Positions 13,901 through 24,409 of a stretch of 64,000 bases of DNA are shown here, piece after piece. This DNA comes from Ruditapes philippinarum (Eukaryota). Position numbers and translations under genes: made by a program. Position 1 is the stretch's first letter; the number at the start of each line of letters is the position of its first letter. The stretch covers positions 1 through 64,000 of the forward strand of contig NW_026866843.1 of assembly GCF_026571515.1 (NCBI RefSeq). The letters are read 5' to 3'. The notes under the pieces were generated by a model that ran no database searches, was not told where the DNA came from, and saw only the letters and a program-made list of their open reading frames with translations.

Positions 13901-15886
13901 TTTTAGAGAAACCAACTTTCAGGAAAGAATAAGCTGACACCTGGACGAGTACAACAGCCCTCCCTATTCTTCAAACAGTCCAGCAAAAAATGGAAATGAA
14001 CATATAAATACATATTTGTTTTAACTATAGTTCAGTGTAAGATTGGAATATATTTCACCAAGTGAGCACCAAAAGGTATATTTCATGAGTGTTAAGCAGC
14101 CAGAAGTGAAATATGAACTTTTGGTGTTCACAAGGTAAAAAATATTTTGATCTTACACTAAACAAATTTTCTTTTTATTATATGCAACGTGAAACGTTTT
14201 AAAAAGACATTAAACCTAATACTGAATGTTTGTTTGTTTGTTTGTTTCATTTTTTGCCTTTTTCCAACAGTATTTCAGTCATATAGGCGGGTAGTTTCCT
14301 AACCATCGTTCCTGGAGAGTTACACCAGTACTAGACTACCTTCCTCCGCGCTAAACTACCAAAGCATCTCCCGGGGATCGAACCCACGCCAGAGAGTAAT
14401 ACTGAATGAAAAGTGAACCAAATAATAATACAATTTGATGCCACTTGTCATTAAGCTGGACACTGGTATTTCACTTCAGAGACAATGTAACGGGCTAAAA
14501 TTCAAAACAGTGAAATTATCAAATTGATAATTTCACTGTTTAAAACAGTGAAATTATCAGTTTTATATCACTGATATATTTCTATAAACCACCGAAAAGC
14601 ATGTAATAAAAAGATATAAAAAATAATACCTGGTCAGCATATTTTGATCCTGAAGCCTCCAAATAACCATCTGACCTCTCGTTATATTCACTGTGTGACC
14701 AGTAGGAATGATCAAATGCAAATCTCTTTGGTTCACTATTCAGGTCCTCGGGATTCTTAATTTCTGTGGAGTTGCCATTCATGGCAATGATGAGGGTAGC
14801 ATTTCTTGCAGTCTCGCGTGAATTGTGCACAGGGGTTAAGGAAAATTTAAGATATAATTTTGTTTAAAAATTTTTTTAAGCTTGATTGTAAAGAAAGCTT
14901 ATTTAAATTTATAGCTAATTTGAACCATTGTTGAGTCCTGGCTACCTTACAGTACTCAGGTTACGAATGAAACTAGATAATGATCCAGTATAGATGATGC
15001 CCGATTTGAGAGGCAGACGCATTAACTGCTACTCTTGGTAATAACAAACTTTTAATAAACAACATTATTTAAATCAACATAATCAACTCTCAGGGTGATA
15101 ACTCTGATTAAATAATGCAACTGAACACATGGTACATTGTATCATCATAATTGACTGTGACAGGACCAACACTCCAATAAAGCTACTCAGGACAGAAGCA
15201 AAGACATATAAAGATAAAAATGATTCAAACAATTGCATTTAAAGGACATGCATTCTTATTTATCACCAGCATGTATTTATAAAACTGGAACTAGAACACG
15301 CCCGGCAAACTGTCGCTCCACTTCAAAATTGTGGTGTACGGTAAAACGAGCGAACGGCATTTCCGAGATAGAGCGGAAGGCCGATTTAAACGCCTAATTG
15401 TAAGTAGTGTTTATGTTTTTGTCTTGTTATTCATTTAAGTTGTATTTTTTCGAAAAAAACGGAAAATGTGGTTCCGTGTAGGATTAATTTAGGCTTCCAA
15501 TTATCTTAGCTGTTACAAAAAGGAAATTATATTAAGCCCCGGGAGAACTTTTCTCCCTGACGAAGCGAGCGATGATTTGTAGAATATTAAACTTCCCAAC
15601 CATAAAAATGCCATACCTTTCGGATTTCTTGAAAAAGTGTATTAGTAAATTATCAACCCGTAATAAGAACTTGTCCTTCGTGCAAAATAAATTACTCCTG
15701 AAGGATTTCTTAAATTTGTAAACCGATATTTTTCGAAAGTAGTAGAGCGAAAGGGCGAGAGATGGAGCAAAAGGTTCGATGCTGAGCGCAAGGCGATATT
15801 AATTTGACGTATTAGGAGGAGCGTAGTCTATGATTTTTTACATATAAAAGCTATAGAAAGTAAAATAGACGTGATCAAGTGTTCAG

Positions 15887-15919
<33 letters not shown>

Positions 15920-18900
15920 TTTTGAAGACAACTAATAAAGTGTGATATCCTTTCAACGACTATAGCGTAATAAATGTAATCGCGAAGGTGTCCCCTATGG
16001 CTTCCGTGTAGATTCCTTCATAAATGTTCGAATTTTGGATGAGGCCCGACCATTGAATCATACACATGTATGCATGGTATAATACAGGATGCCACTTATT
16101 CAATCATGATTTTTGACACGGTGATGTACATTTAAAAACGTGTGTCCGTGCAAATGCGACAAAATCGATTATTATTTTCGTCTGTAAGTGTAAATAGAAA
16201 TTTATACAATAACTAGGTCTATTATATTATTGATAATTTTAGTCCGTACACCGACTGAGTTCTGCCTCATTTTGAGAGGAAAATAATAAACTAAACAAAA
16301 ATGCTAAATAAGGGAGGAAGTATCTTGAAACATAACTGGAACACGTGTTATATCCTTATAACGACTGACACCTTGTCAACCATTTTCATAGCGATTCCGC
16401 ACCTTTCAAATTCATGAAAACGTGGCTTATTTGTGTTTTGCTCAGAACAGGTACATTAGAGCTATTAATTACAGAAAGTAATTGTGAACTGAACTCGGTA
16501 GTAGTGATCCATTTAATTTAATGTGTTCCATGCATTGCATAATTTTGTTTCTGTTCTGCACCTTGAATTTCTAACTTTTCGAAAAACATAACATTTTGGC
16601 GTAAACAATCGAGTTACACGTACCTGCTCGGAAACATTTGTTCGCGGTAGAACTAAAAATATTCGACTTTGTTGCATTTGCACGGACACACGTTTTTAAA
16701 TGTACATAACCGTGTCAAAAATCATGATTGACCTCGAATAAGTGGCATCCTGTATTATGCCATGCATTAATGTGTATGATTCAATGGTCGGGCCTCACCC
16801 AAATTTCGAAAATAAATAATGAAGGAATCTACATGGAAGCCATAGGTGACACCTTCACGATTACAGTTATTACGCTATAGTCCTTGAAAGGATATCACAA
16901 TTTATTAGTTCTCTTTAAAAGGTATATATATCTCGGTCTTAACACTTGATCATGTCTATTTTAACTTCTATAGCTTTTATTTATAAAAATCATTGACTAC
17001 GCTCCTCCTAATACGTCAAATTAATATCGCCTTGCGCTCAACATCGAACCTTTTGCTCCATCTCTCGCCCTTTCGCTCCACTACTTTCGAAAGAATATCG
17101 ATTTACAAATTTAAGAAATCCTTCAGGAGTAATTTATTTTGCACGAAGGACAAGTTCTTATTACGGGTTGATTATTTACTAATACACCTTTTCAAGAAAT
17201 CCGAAAGGTATGGCATTTTTATGGTTGGGAAGTTCAATATTCTACAAATCATCGCTCGCTTCGTCAGGGAGAAAAGTTCTCCCGGGCTTAATATAATTTT
17301 CTTTTTGTAACAGGTTAGATCACTGGAAGCCTAAATCATTCCTCCACGGAACTACATTTTCCTTTTTTCGAAAAACTACAACTAAAATAAATTACAAGAC
17401 AAAAACATAAACACTACTTACAATTAGGCGTTTAAATCGGCCTTCCGCTCTATCTCGGAAATGCCGTTCGCTCGTTTTACCGTACACCACAATTTTGAAG
17501 TGGAGCGACAGTTTGCCAGGCGTGTAGAAAACCAGACCTTATAAAATATTGTCATGTAACAGGACGGACAAACAGACACACATTGATCACAATGAACGTC
17601 CTAGTTATTTACCCAGGTTCATTTAAGATTAAATTGAAAATTCAAATAAGACGAACATAAGGCATTTCACAATTCAACAGTTTTATTGCAAAATAGATAA
17701 TCTGTCTCTTTGCCAAGATTACAAATTGATTTCTTAAAGTACCAAGAAATAAAAATATTAGTTACAAAAAAAAATCATAGGGAAAATAGAGAGCAATTAT
17801 CAAGTCAGGTGGAAAAAGGTATACGCTACCTTTGGTACCTGTAGACAAGGCAATAAATGATAAAAAAATACTGGCTTATATAGCAACTTCTCTTTGCAAT
17901 CACACAATCCATGAAAATAGCATGACTTGAAAATAAATAACAAAAAGAGGAATGTTACAAAATATTGAATCAATATTTTGCTGTACAAATGTATTGAAGT
18001 GTATTAAGTTAAATTTAGTGAACAACCCTCTATTAGATAAAAACCTTACATAAGATATGACTAGCATGAACATCATGAAATAATGCATTAAGTTATGCTT
18101 ACTGTTACTACATGTATAGATAGAAAAAATAGTGCCAGCTGAATGATTTTGAAAAGATATCAAATGTATTGACAATTAATTAATAAGGCTAAGTAAAAAT
18201 AGTCATTGTTTATATGCATGTATTAATCTGAAAGTAAAATGTAATGTTAGGCATTCCTGCTACAGTCGTCATCACAAATGTACTAGTAATAACAGAGCAG
18301 GACAAACACCAATGATCTTGTTAAATTTGTTAAACTTTTTTGTTTACTGTAAAAATAATGTAACAGTTCCATAAGTTAAAATGACCATGAGGTGGCTAGG
18401 CATTGTCCTGAACACGAGCTATCAAGTTGATTAATTATTTTGAAATAAAGTCTTAGACTCAGTGGCTTAAATTTTGTTCTTTACTTGCTGTATAATTTTA
18501 TGTATCTTAACTTAAAAATATACATATCTATCAGTGTTACATATTCAATGATAACGGCCAATGATCCAAGGAAATTACATTTATGTAGATCTACTTTGTT
18601 AAAAGTGGTGCTATGTGCGCAACACATCTTTTGATTCATGTGATATCGGCTGGGATGCTGTACCTGCTGGAAGTGGTGTGTAATTTCTGTACATGAAGAT
18701 TGTTAAAATGTTGCAACATATCATTGAAGTTATCTCTCAACCAGTGTCAAACTTAAATTTCATAGTAAAAGTTGCAATTAACTGAAAAACTGGACTTATT
18801 TAATTTGATGAAGTCCTATCAATACATGTATGTAAGTGGAAAAGGAAGTGGCATGCACCTGTATTAGTCAAAATATATTGAAGTGCCAAGGCTTGATTCT

Positions 18901-19600
18901 GAGTAGTCCAACTAATTGTACTGCGCGACGAGATATTGTGCTATTTTCGTGTCTGGGCAATATCTCGCCTCTACAAAGCGAGATTCTGCCCCAGAACGAA
19001 AATATCTCAGAATCAAGCTTTGGCACGTCAATATATTTTGACTAGATTCTGAGATACTTTCGTTCTGGGGCAGAATCTTGCTTTAGAGGCGAGATATTGC
19101 CCAGACACGAAAATAGCACAATATCTCGTCGCGCAGTACAATTAGTTGGACTAGCACCTGTATGGGCGAGATTCTGCCCCAGAACGAAAATATCTCAGAA
19201 TCAAGCTTTGGCACGTCAATATATTTTGACTACTGTATGGGCTTGTAATGCCAACAAAAAGTTCTACCAATATGTAAGTCACATACGGTTTGCCTACACA
19301 CACAATAAACTCCAGTCATATGGCACTTTTTCAATTATTAATATATGCAATGATGAAGTTAGTAAAATTCCATTCAGAAAGAATGAACATATATTTTTTT
19401 GGTAAATAATTTTTCCTTCAGAGAGACATTAACATATTTTTTTTGCAGTAAAACTATTTGCAATGACATTAAAATCATACCTTGCTTTCAAAAAAGACTA
19501 AAAACAAATGCATTGACGTTATTTAGAATTTTTCTTTGAAGTAAAAGGATATAAATGGTCGCACACGAACTGCAACTTTCACGTTTTCAGCCGCCGCCAT
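849..19600 (-). CDS. KIF28: Kinesin-3 family motor protein (KIF28/KLP-6-like), 5' part; coding exons 19553-19600, 14630-14824, 8620-8820 (corrupted), ~8046-8165, 7323-7434, 6417-6524, 5894-6027, 5598-5668, 1410-1472, 849-1011; gene continues left of the window
   Basis: Hand-spliced translation gives [20 protein letters not shown]...[10 protein letters not shown]...[12 protein letters not shown]...[18 protein letters not shown]...[42 protein letters not shown]...[49 protein letters not shown]...[16 protein letters not shown]. Splice phases are consistent. Kinesin-3 is secure; the KIF28 subfamily call rests on recalled neck sequence and is less certain. Confidence 0.9.
1410..1472 (-). CDS. KIF28: Kinesin exon 9 ([20 protein letters not shown]), with two 1-bp insertions
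   Basis: 63 nt versus 61 expected; an extra T and an extra A in short homopolymers. Confidence 0.85.
1861..5231 (-). mobile_element. 5'-truncated L1/Tx1-clade LINE (ORF2: end of endonuclease, RT, C-terminus) in kinesin intron 8
   Basis: Frameshifted ORF pieces [53 protein letters not shown]; 39-nt poly(A) at 1861-1899; TSD atcgttccatttc at 1848-1860 and 5232-5244. Confidence 0.92.
5598..5668 (-). CDS. KIF28: Kinesin exon 8 ([24 protein letters not shown])
   Basis: AG/GTGAG boundaries, phase 1/0. Confidence 0.92.
5894..6027 (-). CDS. KIF28: Kinesin exon 7 ([36 protein letters not shown])
   Basis: AG/GTAAGT boundaries, phase 2/1. Confidence 0.92.
6290..6402. repeat. Short degenerate tandem repeat (aaaccttgaaccagtctgacaggaag-like, about 3 copies)
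   Basis: Repeated motif visible next to the exon 6 donor. Confidence 0.55.
6417..6524 (-). CDS. KIF28: Kinesin exon 6 (RAHTI...NLVDLAG)
   Basis: AG/GT boundaries, phase 2/2. Confidence 0.92.
7323..7434 (-). CDS. KIF28: Kinesin exon 5 (switch [13 protein letters not shown])
   Basis: AG/GT boundaries, phase 1/2, open frame. Confidence 0.92.
8046..8165 (-). CDS. KIF28: Kinesin exon 4 ([12 protein letters not shown]...[12 protein letters not shown])
   Basis: Clear motif and G|GTATG donor; acceptor lies in the error-rich zone, so the right boundary is approximate. Confidence 0.85.
8150..11750. other. Low-quality, homopolymer-inflated assembly segment
   Basis: Abrupt excess of A/T/C/G runs; exon 3 and a MITE copy (~9065-9255) are scrambled while neighbouring exons are clean. 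Confidence 0.8.
8620..8820 (-). CDS. KIF28: Kinesin exon 3 (P-loop exon), heavily corrupted as assembled
   Basis: ttttcag| acceptor and AAG|GTATA donor; remnants QKV...KGF...[14 protein letters not shown]; GQTGSGKS is scrambled. Confidence 0.7.
13690..13990 (+). mobile_element. Helentron-associated non-autonomous element (HINE-like) fragment
   Basis: aagggc-ataact-type internal unit and a 3' end cagccctccctattcttcaaacagtccagcaaaaaa resembling bivalve HINE ends. Confidence 0.45.
14020..14600. repeat. Palindromic interspersed repeat interrupted by a SINE
   Basis: Imperfect hairpin ttcagtgtaagat...atcttacactaaa (14031-14162) and gtgaaattatc...gataatttcac motifs, also seen near 42660-42720. Confidence 0.5.
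14229..14396 (-). mobile_element. 5'-truncated tRNA-derived SINE with (CAAA)n tail
   Basis: B box GGTTCGATCCC; 12-bp TSD taatactgaatg at 14217-14228 and 14397-14408; same 3' part at 32757-32842. Confidence 0.8.
14630..14824 (-). CDS. KIF28: Kinesin exon 2 (NSRETARNA...[10 protein letters not shown]...YADQ)
   Basis: 195 nt, phase 0/0, ends CAG|GTATT. Confidence 0.92.
15297..17524. mobile_element. Non-autonomous foldback DNA transposon, ~870-bp TIRs, CAC...GTG ends, 5-bp TSD (Transib/RAG-like signature)
   Basis: Arms 15297-~16175 and ~16655-17524 are reverse complements; TSD TAGAA at 15292-15296 and 17525-17529. Confidence 0.88.
18865..19232. mobile_element. Cluster of three copies of a ~140-bp TAGTC...GACTA MITE (one nested in inverted orientation, one truncated)
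   Basis: Outer copy 18865-19153, TSD gcacctgtat; inner copy 18904-19044, TSD gattctgag; partial copy 19168-19232, TSD ctgtatgggc. Confidence 0.85.
19553..19600 (-). CDS. KIF28: Kinesin exon 1 ([16 protein letters not shown])
   Basis: ATG at 19600; VKVAVRVRP motif; followed by the U12 donor ATATCCTTT. Confidence 0.92.
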
Positions 19601-19797
19601 CTCGATTTCTTCTTCAAATTTTGATTTCAAAAGAAAGACACGTTTAACAACTTATGCAGCTGTCCAAATAAGTTAAATAAGAAGCTTTAATCCACAACAC
19701 CGAATAATATATTGACTTATATGTTCCAATATTTTGCTCTGAAAGTATTTGACAGTTGCGAAATGAAGAAATCACCCGACCAGGTGCTCGAAGTATG

Positions 19798-19833
19798 TCA
19801 CTTCCGTAAACAAACAAATGTATTTATAGCAAC
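19798..19833 (-). promoter_or_regulatory. Candidate kinesin proximal promoter motifs: ETS-like CACTTCCG, forkhead GTAAACAAACA, RFX X-box-like GTATTTATAGCAAC
   Basis: Three motifs clustered within 36 bp, 200-230 bp upstream of the ATG. Confidence 0.4.
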
Positions 19834-20131
19834 GAGAAAATGTTGGACACCACTAAATATTTTTCTTCTCCAATATATCACAGGAACTTGAAATTCAATC
19901 AATAGATCACAAAATATGCGTGTATTAGTGATATAGCCCTTATCTCTATAGATATATGTATGAAATGAACCAGGGATATTAATATCAATGACCTGTTATT
20001 AAAAAAAATCTCATTTTTCATTTCATATCTTGCATGGTTCTCATTATTTCATAATTACATGTTGAATTAGGGCTCAAATACATAAATATATGGTATAATG
20101 CGCATTGTTAATATATATATATACTGTATAA

Positions 20132-20429
20132 GGGGGCGTCCGTGGCCGAGTGGTTAAGGTTGTTGACTTCAAACCACTTGCACCTCACCGCTGTTGGTTT
20201 GAATCCCTGTCCGATTCCCCACAGGGACTTTGGATTTTTTCATGTGAGGAAGCTATCCAGCTAGCTTACGGAACGTCTGTGGTTCTACCTAGGTGCCCGT
20301 TCGTGCCTGAAATAATGCACGGAAGGGCACCTGAGGTCTTCCTCCACCAGTAAAGCTGGAACGTACGTCGCTATATGACCTATACTGTGTCGATGTGACG
20401 TAAAACCCACAACAAAACAAAAAAACAAA
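20132..20429 (+). mobile_element. Full-length tRNA-derived SINE
   Basis: A box TGGCCGAGTGG, B box GGTTTGAATCC, central domain shared with 60250-60370, A/C-rich tail. Confidence 0.88.
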
Positions 20430-21399
20430 GTATATTAAAGGATTGTTCATAATCATGATGTTTAAAGGTCATAATTATGAAGTCAGACATGACATCAATT
20501 AATCCAACTGACAACCCTACAATACTTGTATAATGTTCAATGTTTAAGTTGATTTACTTGCCCGTTTTTCATGAATATATTTTCAGGGGCAAAAAGTAGC
20601 ATTAAAAATAAAAGAAAAATGGCTGACTAAGTGCTACAGTCCTTCTAACCAGTGGAAGATAAATTCCTTCTCCAATTTTCAAAGAACTGCTTTTGTTGTA
20701 ATAGCACAACTGAATGATTAAACTCAATTCTACTGTTTATCATTTTCCTATCATACACAACTTATTATAAAGCCTCAGAAATAAATATATCTTTATGAAT
20801 CCTTCTGTAGAAAGAACAAATATTTCAATGTTAGGGTCATATCCAGATTTTAAAAATAAGTATGAAAAATCTATGTAATCCCAACTGTGCCACCTTTGCA
20901 AATGCGTTTTAATATGTTATGGTTTTTGAAAGCCTTAAAAGAACAGATTTATATACAAGCTCACAAAATTGACTTACAAGCTAGATTTGGGCGATACCAA
21001 AATGACCTTGACAAACAGGCCACTAGAGGCAATTTTCCTTCAACTAGAGATTTGTTAAGAACCTTTTAACTATTGCTGTAGCTAATCTGCAATGGAATCA
21101 GGCAAATGATATGGTGATTGTGGGCTCCAGAACATGGTGATTTTTAGGAAACTTTGTAGATTGAAATAATAAATTGCTGACACAAAAAAGGGACTTAGGC
21201 CTCTCATGGTTGTTTTCACAGTGTTTGAACTTTTTGACTTACATTGCAATGAAGATGAACCTCCAAACTATTGTTAATAATGGCAAATCTGCAAAGAAAT
21301 TTGTGGAAAAATTAAGGACAGCCATTGAAAATAGTCCTTTTTTCAAAAATTTGTAGATTTTATATATCCTTCGCAGTACCGCTACTTTCTCCAAATATC

Positions 21400-21839
21400 T
21401 TCATAGAAAATTCCCTCTCTCAGTTTACTTTGCCATAACTCTGACAAGAACCGGTTGAATGGGATGATGCTCCCACAGAAAAGTATACCTCTTGTAGTTT
21501 CAAAGCTATGTCCCTGACAAAGTTCAATAATTCAAAACAGAGTTACTATTATTTGCACTGCTCATCTGTTTATTTTCATAGAAATTGCAGTGGTATAGGA
21601 GGAGATAATAATTAAATCAAATTAAAGGGCTATAACTCTCGACAAAAAGCATTGAACCGGAAATGCAAACAGTAACTAGAGTTAGTACTGATAGTTCCTG
21701 TTAATTAAGTTTAGATCAAATTGTGCCAGTATTAAATATTGGAGGAGAAGTCAGGAGAAGTTCTATGACCGTTGTAATAGACAGAGACGGAGAAGTTATC
21801 CCTACATGTCACTGCTACTCTGTAGAGGTGACACAAAAA
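21400..21839 (+). mobile_element. HINE-like element fragment (same family as 35325-35921)
   Basis: Shared sequence with 35690-35920 and the same terminal hairpin tgtcac...gtgacacaaaaa. Confidence 0.6.
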
Positions 21840-21945
21840 GGGGGTACAACTTAGCAAAAGTTAATTTTAGTATTATTTGATATGTGTCATAATTTGATAG
21901 TAAACATGTATACAAAGTTTAAAGTGAATAACTGAAAGTTTCTGA

Positions 21946-22900
21946 GACAAGGGGGCCACGAAGGCCCTACATCACTCATCTGAGTATATGAATCAGATTT
22001 AGTTAGCAGGATGTTCTTGCTCAACAAATCTTTCAGTAATTATTGTGAAGGACTATCTTATGTTCATCACTGTACAGTAGAGCTGTCATTGTTTCAGTGC
22101 AAAGCACATTGAAAATATACCGATATCAGATGACAAATATTGACGATACACTGATATATTGATAAATACTCCTTATTTCTTATATACATGTATAATACTT
22201 TTTCATACTTGTTTAAATGATTTTAGTCAAATCAATGTTCTGTTCAGCAAATGACATTTGCATGATTTTTTTCTGACTTTTTTGTCATCACTGCTATGAA
22301 AAGTGTACATTTTAACAACAGATTAGTGTTAGACATATGTTTTTAGTGACTTTTAATAATGATATTTATCAAAATAATCATTTTTTTCAAATGTGTATTG
22401 ATTATTGATTGACAGAAAAATATCAGCAATACATTGATATCATCTCTATCGATGACAACTCTACTGTACAGTGTCATCAAAATCTAAGTTGTGGTTAAGA
22501 AGAAAATGTAGTCTAAAGGTTTATCTATTTTCAGCTCTGGTGGCCTTTATGTTTTATGTTAGGAAACCTGAAAATTTTTAGCAGTTTTAGTAAAGGACAA
22601 CCTAAGGATAATTTCTGTAGAGTTTCATCAAAATCTAACATGCATCTGATAAAGAGATGTTATTTATTTCTATTGAAATTTTATTTCTATTTTTAGTTCT
22701 AGAAGCCATCTGTTTTTTCAACAGACCAAAACAATTTATAAGAATTTTTGTAAAACCCCCAAAAACACTTGTTGATCACAAAAATCTACAAAGTTGTTGA
22801 GGAAGAGATGTTCTTTAAGGTTTTCTATTTTAAGCTGCTTACCCTTAAAGATAATTTCTGTATATTTCTATTGTCAAAGCAGTATAGGAATTGCAAAACG
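21946..22900 (+). mobile_element. HINE-like element with degenerate internal tandem repeats, interrupted by a hAT MITE
   Basis: Starts acaagggggccacgaaggccc hairpin; repeated tttctatttttag(c/t)tct units. Confidence 0.5.
22078..22463. mobile_element. hAT-type MITE
   Basis: TIRs TAGAGCTGTCAT / ATGACAACTCTA; 8-bp TSD ctgtacag at 22070-22077 and 22464-22471. Confidence 0.85.
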
Positions 22901-23808
22901 TTATTTTATCTCTTTTAAAAACATAAACACAAATCTGGAGGAATGCTGTCTTGAGAAATGTTTTAATATTCCAAATATATGTGACACACTTTTTATCACA
23001 ATATTTCTAACTCTCAAATTGACTTAAATTTTAACAATCATCAATAACAATCATAAATAAATAAAAATTTGAATTCTTATTCGAAAAACAATGCAAAATG
23101 GCAAAACAAAATTAAAATTGCAAATGCATTACTTCATTTAACATTTAACAGAAACAAAATTGTAACAACATGATTTAGTATACACTGTAGTTAAATCAAT
23201 ACAAGTGACTAAATTCAACATAATTGAACTTAAAACCAAATAATAGTGGTGCAACAATATACCCATATATTGCACAAACAAAACATAAACACAGATATAG
23301 TGATAAGATCATATGACAGTAATTTCGTCTGCAGAAACATACTGATTTGCACTATAATTTACAAAATCTCTAAACAATGTACATGTTCAAACTTACAGCT
23401 TTCATTTTTCAGCTTATTATTTTTTTTTATCTGCCAATTTCAATTTTACTGCTTAATTCCCTTTTATTTTTCAAAATGAAATTAAATAATTCATTCTATT
23501 TTTACCATGGCCATTTCCATCCATTTAAACCCACCCTTTTTCATGCTATAAAATTAGAATGGAAACACTACATGTACTTGTGACTTAACAACTGAATTTT
23601 ATCAAGAATAAAAGCAGTTTTACATTATCTGCTCTTTAGATTTTTATTTGAGACCAACATTTAAAACAAATGCATTTGTAAGATAGAATGAAAGAAAATT
23701 CTTTATCACCTGTTCTAGATTAAATGACATTTGTTGTCAATTCATTAAAGTTTTTACACATTTATTTACGGGGCTTGAAAAAGACAAAATTAATGTTAAA
23801 ATATAATC

Positions 23809-24024
23809 GAGCTGTGTCACGACAAAAACCAACATAGTGTGTTTGCAACCAGCATGGATCCAGACCAGTCTGTGCATCCGCGCAGTCTGATCAGGATCCA
23901 TGCTGTTGGCTTACAAACTCTATTACAAACAGAAAAACTGATAGTGGACAGCATGGATCCTGATCAGACTGCACAGATGCACAGGTTGCAAACTCACTAT
24001 GTACGTTTTGTTGTGATGCGGCTC
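23809..24024. mobile_element. Palindromic MITE with GAG...CTC ends (Sola-like)
   Basis: TIRs gagctgtgtcacgacaaaa / ttttgttgtgatgcggctc; internal cagcatggatcc inverted repeats. Confidence 0.65.
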
Positions 24025-24409
24025 ATATTTTTTGATCAAACAGAGAGAAATATAACATGAAATATTGCAGTACAAGAGTTCTGTACCATGGTATGCATTG
24101 CCTGATGCTGCATCGAAATATACCGGCATATTGCCGTATTATTGCTCCTCTTTTTTAGTGTATAGCTGTTCTCCAACATACATGTAATAAGGATATAGTT
24201 ATACAAGTTTATATGAACTTCCATATAAAACTTAAAAAAAAGAAAAAACTTAAAAATAAACCAAGAGTAAGAAAGATACTAATAATAACTTGAAACCAGA
24301 AACTGAATACTGTCTATAGAATTATGGCACATTATAATCTTTTCTAATCAACATCGTTTTTTTTCTTTAAACACTTTACAAAACTTTTAAAGTACACATT
24401 TATTTATGA

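Larger units (their letters stand above)
14825..19552 (-). other. U12-type (minor spliceosome) AT-AC intron, 4728 nt
   Basis: Donor ATATCCTTTT at 19552; branch site TTTTCCTTAAC at 14845-14835; acceptor AC at 14826-14825; removal restores RPF|NSRE in frame. Confidence 0.93.

Noticed and set aside
16993-17310. 105-aa ORF in the foldback arm as a possible transposase
   Set aside because: Lies within the TIR, starts at TTG, and shows no catalytic or DNA-binding motif.
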